The position numbers were made by a program, and so were the translations under genes. This document shows, piece after piece, positions 37,133 to 47,029 of a stretch of DNA of 64,000 nucleotides. Position 1 is the stretch's first letter. Every line of letters starts with the position of its first letter. The DNA is taken from the IMG/VR virus record IMGVR_UViG_3300032092_000001; one strand, written 5' to 3'. Origin of the DNA: a virus (lineage: Duplodnaviria; Caudoviricetes). Under the pieces are notes generated by a model. That model had not been told where the DNA came from, did not search any database, and saw only the letters and a list, made by a program, of their open reading frames with translations.

Positions 37133-38722
37133 TTATTTTATTTTTATTTTCATTTTAGTACCAATCTCATTTTTCTCACAAGTAATTTGAAACCCGTGTT
37201 CTTCCAAAATTGCAACACAAATATTTAACCCTAACCCTGTACCAGATTCTTTCTGACCTTCCTTTCTTGTATAAGGTTTACATAGGTGATTAAAATCTTC
37301 TTGAGTAATACCTCTACCATTATCTTGTACGATAATTGAATTATCTTCAGAATATATTTTAACAAACTTTGTTTCAGAGTCGTTATACTTTAAACCATTT
37401 CTAATTAAGTTATCTACCGCAGTACAGAACAATGCCTCGTTAACTTCAATCGTCGGTAGGTTATCATCTAACATTACTTGACTGATATAAGCAGTAGCGG
37501 ACAAATAGTCCTTGAGTATGTCCTTGATGTTACATTCAGCTTTATTCAATACAACATCTTTCTTAACAAGATTGGTGAACTCATAAACACCTTTATAAAC
37601 TTTTTGTGAATGTTTAAGTCCCTCCTTAATCATTTTAAGTGGACCTTCAATTTTAAGATTTGTAATGTCTTCACTTGTTATTCTTCGTTCTAAAGAACTT
37701 AACCCTCTTGGTATATATGTGTTAATACCAGAGTGCATGTCGTGTCTTAATATTTTAGCAGCATGTTCTAAATATGTATTTTTCTTCTCAATCTCTTTCT
37801 TTTGTTCGTAAGATTGAGTGATGTCTGTCGCAATTTTCATAATACGATAAATCTTATCGTCAGTACCAATAATAGGATTGTAAGTTGCTTGTAAATAAAC
37901 TAAAGAACCATCTTTTTTAACTCTAGTGATTTCACCTGTAAATAATATACCTTCTCTTAATTTTTCCCAAAAAAGAATATACTCATCACTTTTTGAATGT
38001 TTTTCATCTATAAAAATTCTATGGTGTTTTCCGGCAAGTTCATCCTGTTCAGAATATCCCATAGTTTCTAAAAATAAATTATTAGCGAAAATGATGTTAC
38101 CATCTAAATCAAACTCAATAACTGCATTAGATTTGTTTATAGCGTTCATTCTGTTACGAATTTCAACTTCCTTTTTCTTAAGCTCAGTAATGTCTTGTCT
38201 GATAGACGAGAAACCATCTAATTTCCCATCAGTACCGAATCTTGCCCTGATGTATGTGTCAACATAATATAAACTACCGTCTTTAGCTTTATTAGTCACA
38301 ACATCATTCCATATCTCACCCTTCATAACCGTTTCATACATCTTCCCCCAATACCCATCAGGTTGTGTCCCCGAATTAACTATTGAGTGGTCTTTACCAA
38401 TTACTTCTTCAAGTTTCCACCCTGACACTTTTTCAAACTTATCATTAACATAAGTTATTTTACCTTTTCTATCAGTAACCGATATAATTGCCGCCCTATC
38501 AATGAACTTATCCGTATCATTAAGTTTTTTACTTTGAACATTATTAATTTCACGAACTATTAAAATAAAAAGTGGTATGAATAATATAAAACAAGCATAC
38601 TCAACACCTCTTGTAAATCTTGTCGACTCCTGTATCTCTAATAAAACTGATGTTTTAATGAAAAAGAAAACAGACATTATTATGATTGATAGAAGTAAAT
38701 AGATTTTTGTACTTTTTGTCAT
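37133..38722 (-). CDS. membrane PAS-PAS sensor histidine kinase
   Basis: Two N-terminal TMs; two PAS/PAC domains; H-box ILRHDMHS; N-box NLIRNGLKYN; DNGRGI; GTGLGL. Confidence 0.92.
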   Translation of the reverse strand: MTKSTKIYLLLSIIIMSVFFFIKTSVLLEIQESTRFTRGVEYACFILFIPLFILIVREINNVQSKKLNDTDKFIDRAAIISVTDRKGKITYVNDKFEKVSGWKLEEVIGKDHSIVNSGTQPDGYWGKMYETVMKGEIWNDVVTNKAKDGSLYYVDTYIRARFGTDGKLDGFSSIRQDITELKKKEVEIRNRMNAINKSNAVIEFDLDGNIIFANNLFLETMGYSEQDELAGKHHRIFIDEKHSKSDEYILFWEKLREGILFTGEITRVKKDGSLVYLQATYNPIIGTDDKIYRIMKIATDITQSYEQKKEIEKKNTYLEHAAKILRHDMHSGINTYIPRGLSSLERRITSEDITNLKIEGPLKMIKEGLKHSQKVYKGVYEFTNLVKKDVVLNKAECNIKDILKDYLSATAYISQVMLDDNLPTIEVNEALFCTAVDNLIRNGLKYNDSETKFVKIYSEDNSIIVQDNGRGITQEDFNHLCKPYTRKEGQKESGTGLGLNICVAILEEHGFQITCEKNEIGTKMKIKIK

Positions 38723-38746
38723 ATTTCATAAATACCTGAAACAAAC

Positions 38747-38773
38747 AAAAAACCCCTCTAATTTGAGGGGTTT
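38747..38773 (-). terminator. intrinsic terminator
   Basis: AAACCCTC...GAGGGGTTT. Confidence 0.7.
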
Positions 38774-38777
38774 AACA

Positions 38778-39104
38778 TTAATACAAATCTTCAGAAAAAA
38801 GTCCGATTCTCGGATTATATAGTTTGTCGTATTCTACTTGACCAGCGTCAATTGCCAACCTCATTGATTCAAACCTGTCGTAGAATTTACCTTTATTTGA
38901 AAGGAATCCCTGTTCGTAATCTCCAACGGAATCAGGTCCCTTAACAACACTTCGTAACTGACCAAGTGTTTTCATTATGTCAATACAATGTCCGTGTCTG
39001 TGTCCACAAACAACCACTCCCTTATCAAGGTTCTTTGGTAGGAATGTTTGTGTCGGCAACTCTTTATACCATATCGCCGCACAGATGATATACTCGTTAG
39101 TCAT
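38778..39104 (-). CDS. hypothetical phage protein
   Basis: ICAAIWY, VVCGHRHGHC, QGFL..KGKFYDR. Confidence 0.7.
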   Translation of the reverse strand: MTNEYIICAAIWYKELPTQTFLPKNLDKGVVVCGHRHGHCIDIMKTLGQLRSVVKGPDSVGDYEQGFLSNKGKFYDRFESMRLAIDAGQVEYDKLYNPRIGLFSEDLY

Positions 39105-39319
39105 TCTTATCCCAAGATTGGTTCTTATGTTTACGCTTACGAGTATAGTCCTTCTTACTCTTTTGAACCATTGGACGAGTTACCATCCATATCTCTTGCA
39201 TTGTCACTTCAATTGTTTTCATTGTTCTATGTTTTAAAGATTGTGTTGTCATTTTGGTTCTACAAATATAGGGTGAAATATTTACTCCACCAAACTAAAT
39301 CATAAATATTTATTTAACA

Positions 39320-39901
39320 ATGGAAGTGTTAATTAGACAAATATTGAGAGAATTCGTTGATAACAAAGTTGAGTTTAAAGTTGTCGGTAATGTTAGTGAT
39401 TTATTAAACGAACAAATCAACCCTGTTGAGTTTAACATAAGTAAGGAAATTATTTCCCGCAGATTAAGAAGAATTAATCCATTTGTCGGAAACTTCACAG
39501 ATAGAAGAACCGGTCAAGATAAGTCAGTTGAGTTTGTTATCACTCCAAAACCTCACTATGTCAATAGAACTTTTAGATTGTCGGACCCCGAATACAAAGA
39601 GACAGGTAAACACTACGACCCAAAATTATCAAACCCAGGACCATTAGAAGGAATTGATTTAATATATAATAACCGAGACAAAATTGCTGAACAGATTCTA
39701 ATAGGAAGAATTAAAGACAGTGACATCGTTGAGGTATCATCTGCCGATGGTTCAAACTACCATATGATTGTTAAGTTTGACAAACAATATGGTAAAAATC
39801 CAAGATACGAACTTACATTGGTCACCCAAATTAAGGGAGCTCAGTTCTACGGTAAAAAGTCACAATCCAAATTAAAGTTATATCCAAACCCTAAAAATTA
39901 A
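39320..39901 (+). CDS. IRQILRE-leader protein
   Basis: MEVLIRQILREF; TATTTAT at 39307-39313. Confidence 0.7.
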   Translation: MEVLIRQILREFVDNKVEFKVVGNVSDLLNEQINPVEFNISKEIISRRLRRINPFVGNFTDRRTGQDKSVEFVITPKPHYVNRTFRLSDPEYKETGKHYDPKLSNPGPLEGIDLIYNNRDKIAEQILIGRIKDSDIVEVSSADGSNYHMIVKFDKQYGKNPRYELTLVTQIKGAQFYGKKSQSKLKLYPNPKN

Positions 39902-39927
39902 AAACCCCCACATTTCTGTGAGGGCTT
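39899..39927. terminator. hairpin terminator
   Basis: Imperfect hairpin after the convergent stop. Confidence 0.5.
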
Positions 39928-40091
39928 CAGTTTTTCGTTCTGATACGGTTGGTAGGGTTGGACCAACTTACCCACTCGGGCACCACCTTTTGAGTGTATT
40001 AAGGACCTGACTCATTCGTTCAAGTGCTGTCATTTTCATCCGAGATTCACAATACAAATATACTGCGTTTTTTATAAATACCAAAACTTTT

Positions 40092-40478
40092 TTAAAGTTT
40101 TATTTCAAAACGGTTTTTCATTATTTCCAACTTGTCGGCAGGAACTCCATGAACATTCTCACCTTCGTGACGATTCTCAACAACGATTGAGAATACCTTG
40201 TACCCATATGTCTTTGCCATATCGTAATACGATTTCATTTCCCACTCCTGTGTGAATGTGTTTGACACTGCAATCTTCTCGTGTTGATTGAACATATGGT
40301 CCTCAACCATTTCCTGGCACCAAGCGTGAGCATCTTTGATTCTTGTGAAGTCAAAGTTGTACACACCTTGTGAGTTAACAAAGAACATATCAGCCTCAAA
40401 TACAGGACAGTTAAGTGTTTGTGCGAAAGTAGTTTTCCCACTTCCTGGTAATCCTCTTACGATATAAAGTGTTTTCAT
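40092..40478 (-). CDS. P-loop kinase (AAA_33 / polynucleotide kinase-like)
   Basis: IVRGLPGSGKTT, VSNTFTQEWE, NVHGVP. Confidence 0.85.
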   Translation of the reverse strand: MKTLYIVRGLPGSGKTTFAQTLNCPVFEADMFFVNSQGVYNFDFTRIKDAHAWCQEMVEDHMFNQHEKIAVSNTFTQEWEMKSYYDMAKTYGYKVFSIVVENRHEGENVHGVPADKLEIMKNRFEIKL

Positions 40479-40494
40479 AATGGAAATATACGAA

Positions 40495-40896
40495 TTAATA
40501 ATGTAAATCCAAATAAAGATTATCGTCGTCTTTATATTTCAAACAACAGAACGCAGGATGGTATTGGTCTTTTAAATCATCAGTTAATTCCTGAATATGT
40601 TTTGAAGGGTCTTCCATATCATACTTTGGATGTTCTCCGTTTTTTCTTCTACGGATTTCCTCTTCCATTCGGACGTTATAAGTTTTAACATTATGATAGT
40701 GTTCACCTTCCTTCAAAACAACTCCCCAACCATTCTTCTCATAATAAACATCTTCAACCCTTTGAGTTAGAACAAGTGCGTCATCAGGTAGTTCGGGATG
40801 TTCCTCCAAAAACTTTTTTAGTTTACCAATGGTAAGGTAGTATTCGTATTTACCCTTTAAATCTTTAATGACGTTTATTTTTTTATTAGTATCCAT
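40495..40896 (-). CDS. hypothetical protein
   Basis: 133-aa ORF. Confidence 0.65.
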   Translation of the reverse strand: MDTNKKINVIKDLKGKYEYYLTIGKLKKFLEEHPELPDDALVLTQRVEDVYYEKNGWGVVLKEGEHYHNVKTYNVRMEEEIRRRKNGEHPKYDMEDPSKHIQELTDDLKDQYHPAFCCLKYKDDDNLYLDLHY

Positions 40897-41032
40897 AGTC
40901 CAAAATCAAAACATAAAAAGTTAATTCCAAAGTTGTATCGTGTTCCGTAACTCTTGGTTAAGAATATCGTTGGAATGATTGCTATTTGTTTAAAATCTTC
41001 AGTCCAAGTTAAGTCAAAGAATGGTATTACTT

Positions 41033-41233
41033 TCATAGTATTTTTGCGTATTTAATTATCTCATATGTCTCAGTATAACCCATTCCATTATTGTCTTCTT
41101 CAACAATATCAAAGTCAACTTTATTACCACTATTCATTTCATCCAATTCACTTTTTGGGTGTACTGGTATGATTTCATTGTTTTTAGTTTCAACGAACCA
41201 ACCCTTTGTTGTTTTATATAGTTTACCTGTCAT
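41033..41233 (-). CDS. hypothetical protein
   Basis: 66-aa ORF. Confidence 0.55.
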   Translation of the reverse strand: MTGKLYKTTKGWFVETKNNEIIPVHPKSELDEMNSGNKVDFDIVEEDNNGMGYTETYEIIKYAKIL

Positions 41234-42027
41234 TATGATAGATATTTTGACATATTAATCGCCGCAGTTCTTGCGTCTGACCAATTTTTAATCATATGTT
41301 TTCCTCGTTTGTTGAATGGTATTACTGATTTGATTCCATCATTATAAATGTGTTTTCTATCAAAATCGTCACCTTTCTTATATGACTTGGTGTATTTTTT
41401 CCACCATTTTTTAAACTCCTTTTCATTGTAATCTTTAACGACAGGGTTATACTCCTCATCAAAAATTCTATCACCTATTTTGAATAGACCTCCACCACGA
41501 TGAGTGTAACCATAATAACCTTCAATATTATCATTCTCAATCTGTTCAATCACAAAGGGGTCAAAATCATCTTTAACAGTATTAGCGTTAGTTATAAAAA
41601 TATTTGGTTCATAAGTTTTTAACTTGATTGCAACTCCGTTAGGGTATTCCTTACAAACATAAAGATTGTTAGTATAATACCACCAAGCCCTATCAATACT
41701 ACCAATATATTTACCGTCTTTGGTTAAGAAAGATTCCTCCAAAACAAATTCATCATTGTCACCCCACTTGTGAATTCCAATAATACCACCAGTGTATTTC
41801 TTAATCAGTTCAATCTTCTTGGGGTCAATATTTGAGTGACCTGTCATAACCTGATTTGGTATGAACCTAGTCACCAATTTGGTGAACCCTAAATTAAGGT
41901 GAACTTTATTTAATTTACCGTCCATACTACTTGAATAGTGCGGATGTTTCTCAAACTTCAATATCATCTTACCGAGATATGGAGTTCTGTTTTTAATCAG
42001 TTTTTCAATCATATTATTTATCAGCAT
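41233..42027 (-). CDS. hypothetical protein
   Basis: YYGYTHRGG..FKIGD..FDE motif. Confidence 0.7.
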   Translation of the reverse strand: MLINNMIEKLIKNRTPYLGKMILKFEKHPHYSSSMDGKLNKVHLNLGFTKLVTRFIPNQVMTGHSNIDPKKIELIKKYTGGIIGIHKWGDNDEFVLEESFLTKDGKYIGSIDRAWWYYTNNLYVCKEYPNGVAIKLKTYEPNIFITNANTVKDDFDPFVIEQIENDNIEGYYGYTHRGGGLFKIGDRIFDEEYNPVVKDYNEKEFKKWWKKYTKSYKKGDDFDRKHIYNDGIKSVIPFNKRGKHMIKNWSDARTAAINMSKYLS

Positions 42028-42712
42028 TTAACAATCTTTCAAGATGGTGGTCGTTTGACATATCCGATAACATCTCTCTTTTATTCATTATTGGGACAAT
42101 CTCCCTTAACAAATTATAAGGACGAAACTCAGGGTGTCCATCAAATCCAACATCCATTTTCTTTCCTTTACCAAACTTTCTTTCGTTTGGTAAGTGAACG
42201 TGTCCGTGAAGGTGAATAATTCCTTTGTTCAATCCATCCCAACTTTGGATTGGGTAGTGCATACATACGAACTCGTGACGCATTGCTTCGTTTTTCTTCA
42301 CAGGTTCCATCACAACAATTCGTAGATATTCTGAAACCGAACTGAATATTGATTTAATATTCTCCCTGTTTCTTTCAATGTGATGGTCGTGGTTCCCAAG
42401 TACCAAGTGAACGTTCTTACATACAATTCTATCTCTGAATTGTTGGATGAACTCAAACCCACCAAATGACCAGTCACCAAGACAAATTAATACATCGTCT
42501 TGTCCGACATTCCAGTTAATCCCATTTAGGATTGACTCGTTCATTCTTTCAAGTGTTGGGAAGTCCCGAGTTTGGTCCTCAGGAACTTCCCCGTCCAATG
42601 TTCTCCAATTAGTTGTCCCCCTACAAATATTCTTATGATTGTAGTGTGGGTCAGAACATATCCAAATGTTTGGGAATACTCCCTTTATATCTTTTTCAAT
42701 TCTTAAAATCAT
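42014..42712 (-). CDS. calcineurin-like metallophosphoesterase
   Basis: SDPHYNH, LGDW, LGNHD, MHYP, HLHGHVH. Confidence 0.85.
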   Translation of the reverse strand: MILRIEKDIKGVFPNIWICSDPHYNHKNICRGTTNWRTLDGEVPEDQTRDFPTLERMNESILNGINWNVGQDDVLICLGDWSFGGFEFIQQFRDRIVCKNVHLVLGNHDHHIERNRENIKSIFSSVSEYLRIVVMEPVKKNEAMRHEFVCMHYPIQSWDGLNKGIIHLHGHVHLPNERKFGKGKKMDVGFDGHPEFRPYNLLREIVPIMNKREMLSDMSNDHHLERLLNADK

Positions 42713-42734
42713 ACCGCAAATATACTAATAATTT

Positions 42735-43373
42735 TTAATCCCACCAACCTCTAATATCGGTCCCATCAAGTTTTTCATAAAAATCTTCACCTGACTCTCT
42801 GATTGAGTCGTAGTCAGGTCCTTTAATAATATAACAAAGTTCTTCCCAATATTCTTTCTGAATTTCGTGAGCTCTCTTTATAATTTTACCGTTATGTTCT
42901 TTTTCCTCAGGAGTATCTTTATCTACGAGTTCATATAGAGTATGTTCTTTATCATCAGAAAGATTAATAGTTTCTTCATCAGTAACTTCCTTAAACTCCC
43001 ACTCGTGGTGAATCATTTCAATACCTAATTCTTTCTCAGCAACATCAATAAAAGAATCGTGAACACAAACATCAATCAGGTATGAAAGTCGTTTCATCTT
43101 TTCAACTTTCTTCATACGACTCTCACTAATTTCGTGTCCGTATCTCTCCATTTTGTAAACCATATCATCAACCGCAGTTTTCACCCAAGGTAAGATAGAA
43201 CCATCTCCATTATACCATGTGTGGTTCCACAAGTTTTTGCGGAACAACCAAAGATTACGGAAAAAGTTTGGTAGGTCATATCTGAATAAGTCATAGGTTT
43301 TCCAATACCATCTTTGTCGGTTTACCATTCTTTTGAAACTATCAAAAAACGTATCTGCGAATTTTGTCTTCAT
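42735..43373 (-). CDS. hypothetical phage protein
   Basis: 212-aa ORF ending in GWWD. Confidence 0.7.
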   Translation of the reverse strand: MKTKFADTFFDSFKRMVNRQRWYWKTYDLFRYDLPNFFRNLWLFRKNLWNHTWYNGDGSILPWVKTAVDDMVYKMERYGHEISESRMKKVEKMKRLSYLIDVCVHDSFIDVAEKELGIEMIHHEWEFKEVTDEETINLSDDKEHTLYELVDKDTPEEKEHNGKIIKRAHEIQKEYWEELCYIIKGPDYDSIRESGEDFYEKLDGTDIRGWWD

Positions 43374-43609
43374 CGTATTAATTCATCCATATCAAGATTA
43401 TTCTCTTCCATTAGTTCTCGTAACTTGTTGAAAACATCATCAACTCCTTTATAGTATTCATCACCATAATCAGAACCCATAGTTATTCTTTTACGGGCGT
43501 TACTTGTCATTTCAGACAGGACAATTGCCATATCAGTCGCCTTAACACAACGCAAGTGAGCCATTCTGTCATCAAAGTCATCTAAATCAAATTCTAATTT
43601 TGCTTTCAT
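43370..43609 (-). CDS. hypothetical protein (start revised to MKAKLEF)
   Basis: TATATTTG at 43614-43621. Confidence 0.7.
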   Translation of the reverse strand: MKAKLEFDLDDFDDRMAHLRCVKATDMAIVLSEMTSNARKRITMGSDYGDEYYKGVDDVFNKLRELMEENNLDMDELIR

Positions 43610-43629
43610 TGTGCAAATATACAAGAAAA

Positions 43630-43893
43630 TTATTCTTCCTCCAAATCTTCCTCAGGATTAAATTGCTCAAAGTGAGTATTCTCATCCATTGCTTTCCACC
43701 CACCTTCACCTTCAAGTGATGTAAAGGCAAGTGTGACAACACAACTTCTAATACCTTCAAGTTCTTTTTCAATATCGTAAATTTCCAAATCAACGATATT
43801 ATCTCCATCAATTCGGCGATTTAATTTAGAAACCAAAGAGTTATAACTTCTTAACAAATGGTTTCTTAGTCCGTCCATACTTACTTCCATCAC
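43630..43893 (-). CDS. hypothetical protein
   Basis: ORF in operon. Confidence 0.6.
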   Translation of the reverse strand: MMEVSMDGLRNHLLRSYNSLVSKLNRRIDGDNIVDLEIYDIEKELEGIRSCVVTLAFTSLEGEGGWKAMDENTHFEQFNPEEDLEEE

Positions 43894-44177
43894 TTATTTA
43901 TTTTATAGATTTCATAATATACTGTATCACCAACTGAATAGTTCTTCAGAGTTTTGAATGTTGTTGTATCATCAATGGTAACATCGTAATACAAATTCAT
44001 TTCCTCTTGAACACTTCTTGGTATGTGTCGTTTAACACTAGTTACCACGTGTTTTTCTCTACCAACATAGGTTGCACCTTTACCACTATCTTTTAGTATG
44101 ATTGCAATTATACACATCACAAACAATACTACTGAGGTTCCGATGACAAAATTTGCCCAAAAATTCTTTTCGTTCAT
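43890..44177 (-). CDS. membrane-anchored small protein
   Basis: N-terminal TM. Confidence 0.6.
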   Translation of the reverse strand: MNEKNFWANFVIGTSVVLFVMCIIAIILKDSGKGATYVGREKHVVTSVKRHIPRSVQEEMNLYYDVTIDDTTTFKTLKNYSVGDTVYYEIYKINK

Positions 44178-44857
44178 AGGTTTAAGAAATGTTTTAATTT
44201 ATTAATATTCATAGTCACATTTTTTGGAACATGTATTGGTGAATTAATAGGGTTAACTTCTTTTGTCTTCATCGCCAACTCATAAATTGTTTTAATTTCA
44301 GTTCCAACATTATAAATTCCCACCCCATTACCTTCAATTAGTCTAACAACCAAATCAGATATTACCGAAGTATAATCAGCATTTGTCAATACATCAACCC
44401 AAGCATCATCATATGGAAATGGATATGGTTTATGAGATAAACGACAGATAAGATAATTTTTACCAAATAAAACTATATGTTCGTCTGCAAATAGTTTTGA
44501 TAAACTATACCAGTTTCTATCAGGAACTGTAATACTATCTTCCGAAGCGTTTTCATATGAACCAGCGTATACATAATCAGTTGATATGTGGACTAACTTC
44601 TTACCCATCTCATTACAAAAATTGACAAGATGTGTTACAAACTTATAATTGTCCCTCATCATCACCTCTTTGTCATTTGAATAGGTATTGGTATTTGCAA
44701 TACAATTTACAATAACATCATAAGGGTGTAACATCCACATCCACTCATCAAAATTATCAGTAGTAATTCCGTCCTTTTTCCTTGATATGAAATCCCAACC
44801 TGTTTGGTTAATAATTTCCTTACCTAAACTACCATCACCAATTACTAAAACACTCAT
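44174..44857 (-). CDS. RmlD-like NAD(P)-dependent sugar reductase/epimerase
   Basis: VIGDGSLG, HISTDYVY, WYSLSK. Confidence 0.8.
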   Translation of the reverse strand: MSVLVIGDGSLGKEIINQTGWDFISRKKDGITTDNFDEWMWMLHPYDVIVNCIANTNTYSNDKEVMMRDNYKFVTHLVNFCNEMGKKLVHISTDYVYAGSYENASEDSITVPDRNWYSLSKLFADEHIVLFGKNYLICRLSHKPYPFPYDDAWVDVLTNADYTSVISDLVVRLIEGNGVGIYNVGTEIKTIYELAMKTKEVNPINSPIHVPKNVTMNINKLKHFLNL

Positions 44858-45915
44858 AACTTTTTATATTCGGGTTTTAAATAATTCCATATTACTTTAT
44901 CAGTGTTCTTTCCATCCCACATCAAAAAACATAATGCCTTTATCTTTGGGTGGGTCTTACATTCTTCCAAATGTAATGCAAACTCCTTCTTTGATGGTTC
45001 AGGGTTTCTATCCCCATACTTACCATAACGGAAGTATGAATATATCTTGTAAGCATAATCCCCATAACGATAGTGATTATATCTTAAATCGGCAACGTAC
45101 ATCTTTATCTTTTTGTAGAACTCGTCAGGAACATCTTTCAATAATTCCAATACATCTTTACCTTCACTCAACATTTCCCACACCGCAGTGGTAGATACAT
45201 TGGTCATTATCTTATGTAGACGAAGATACTCCTCACCCTTAACTTTCATTCTATCCCCATTAGAGAAACGAACAACAAAACCTTCTTCATCGTGATTTAT
45301 CATCCCCTTCAATTCGGAATAATCCCGAATTCCATCGTATTTTTTGACAACTTTGAACCCAAGATTATTGATTAAGTTCTTCAATCTAACATCGTTACCC
45401 TCACCATACAAATCAACCTCATATCCAGTTTCAGTATTTATCATTCCGAGTAATACCAAATCTTCGTATGGATATTTCACAACGATACGGTTATCGTCAT
45501 ATATTATTTCAAATAGGTAAGTGTAGCCCTTATGTAGTTTTTGATAGTCATACTTCTGTAACATCTCAAATCCTTTAACCGCTTGGTCAGAAGTGAAAGA
45601 ACCACGAGTCGCCATTACCCACTCACCTTCATAGTTGAATAGTATTCCCAAAGAACCATCCATCTTATCGTAAACGTCAAAGTCAGGAGTTGCGGTGTGT
45701 TTTTTCTCAGATTCGTTAAAAAATTTACGAAATGGTCTAGCGACAACTGACCCATTTACATCAGTAACTAATCCACGAGTTTGTAGGGTAACATCATCCC
45801 ACTTACCTTCGTATTGAACGGTTTCGGTATAGTTCCACATAGTCAAAGGAAGAGTTGGGTGTACTTGTTTGTACACCAACCCTTTCTCAAAATATCTATT
45901 TAGAACTTCATTCAT
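44854..45915 (-). CDS. T4 Rnl1-like RNA ligase
   Basis: RGLV...RPFRKFFN, KMDGSLG, TYLFEII, EGFVV, RMKVK; TATCTTTG at 45920-45927. Confidence 0.88.
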   Translation of the reverse strand: MNEVLNRYFEKGLVYKQVHPTLPLTMWNYTETVQYEGKWDDVTLQTRGLVTDVNGSVVARPFRKFFNESEKKHTATPDFDVYDKMDGSLGILFNYEGEWVMATRGSFTSDQAVKGFEMLQKYDYQKLHKGYTYLFEIIYDDNRIVVKYPYEDLVLLGMINTETGYEVDLYGEGNDVRLKNLINNLGFKVVKKYDGIRDYSELKGMINHDEEGFVVRFSNGDRMKVKGEEYLRLHKIMTNVSTTAVWEMLSEGKDVLELLKDVPDEFYKKIKMYVADLRYNHYRYGDYAYKIYSYFRYGKYGDRNPEPSKKEFALHLEECKTHPKIKALCFLMWDGKNTDKVIWNYLKPEYKKL

Positions 45916-45933
45916 TTGACAAAGATACAAAAA

Positions 45934-46536
45934 TTAATTTAAACTTTCAGGTAAAAATAACAAAGTTGGATTTTTCTTTTGTAGGTCCAATTCAGGAAAG
46001 TGTTTTTTAAATTCCATCACATCAAATCTTTCAGTGATAAGATGATAACCATTTTTGGTTGGGATTTCACTTATGATTTTATCCTTTCCAAAAGGAGCAC
46101 AACTATCAATTGCAAGTTTAACCTTTAATAACTCTTTGTTGTCCTTACTATCAACATCAACAATCCACCTCTTCTCATAAGTTTTTATCTGACCAACAAC
46201 TGAGTCAAATAAACCTTTCTGATTAGTCTGCCCGTTACGAATTCTTTCAGCCAAAGACATCATCATTTCCAAAGAGACATCCTTATGGTTTTGTTTCTGA
46301 ACATGGATATATGCACGAGCTTTAAACATTTCACACAATTGTTTAATCTCATCATATCGTTTTTCCAAATACTCAACACTATCAACACAATAAGTTTTGA
46401 TGGTACGAACTGACTGGTGATTGTCCCTCTCACCTTCAGGTTGGTCTTTCTTACGTTTGAAAACATAGAGCATATAGAAGTCACCCTCGTTCTCAAAGTT
46501 CAATAATGGTTTTATTAATTCAATGTTGTCAATCAT
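45934..46536 (-). CDS. hypothetical protein with AEP (primase-polymerase)-like motifs
   Basis: WIVDVD and PTKNGYHL; start revised to MIDNIEL. Confidence 0.5.
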   Translation of the reverse strand: MIDNIELIKPLLNFENEGDFYMLYVFKRKKDQPEGERDNHQSVRTIKTYCVDSVEYLEKRYDEIKQLCEMFKARAYIHVQKQNHKDVSLEMMMSLAERIRNGQTNQKGLFDSVVGQIKTYEKRWIVDVDSKDNKELLKVKLAIDSCAPFGKDKIISEIPTKNGYHLITERFDVMEFKKHFPELDLQKKNPTLLFLPESLN

Positions 46537-46666
46537 TTTGCAAATATTGCAAAATTTCTTCAAGAATTTCAACTTGTCCCTTAAAATAATCTTTTTGGGA
46601 AGTATTATCTCTTAACCTTTCAGCTTGTTGTTTTTTTTCTGTAATATATTTTTTTAAATCTTCCAT
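46529..46666 (-). CDS. 45-aa hypothetical protein
   Basis: Hand-translated MEDLKKYITEKK...; overlaps the next start. Confidence 0.5.
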   Translation of the reverse strand: MEDLKKYITEKKQQAERLRDNTSQKDYFKGQVEILEEILQYLQND

Positions 46667-46759
46667 ATTATTTTTCTTTATTATAAAAAGGTTTAGTTAT
46701 TAAAAAGGATATGAACATTCCTGTCCATATCCCCGATAGTAAACATCCGAGTGCCAACA

Positions 46760-47029
46760 TTATTCTTGTTCGATTATGATGTTACCACTCACTTCAATCA
46801 ACTTTCCATTCTCACGATTTGTAAAATAATATCCATCAGATTTTTCTTCACTAATCACTTTACCTGTTGAATGGTAGGTAATAATTGTGTCAGGTCCAAG
46901 AACCTTAACCGTAAAGGTATCTCCATATCCACCCATCTTACTCATCGTCGCATCGGTACAAGATACCATTGTCGCCATAATTGTTAGTAATGCAAATAAC
47001 ATCACCACATAAAAATTTGATTTTCTCAT
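46760..47029 (-). CDS. putative lipoprotein
   Basis: Lipobox-like MVSC after a hydrophobic stretch. Confidence 0.65.
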   Translation of the reverse strand: MRKSNFYVVMLFALLTIMATMVSCTDATMSKMGGYGDTFTVKVLGPDTIITYHSTGKVISEEKSDGYYFTNRENGKLIEVSGNIIIEQE

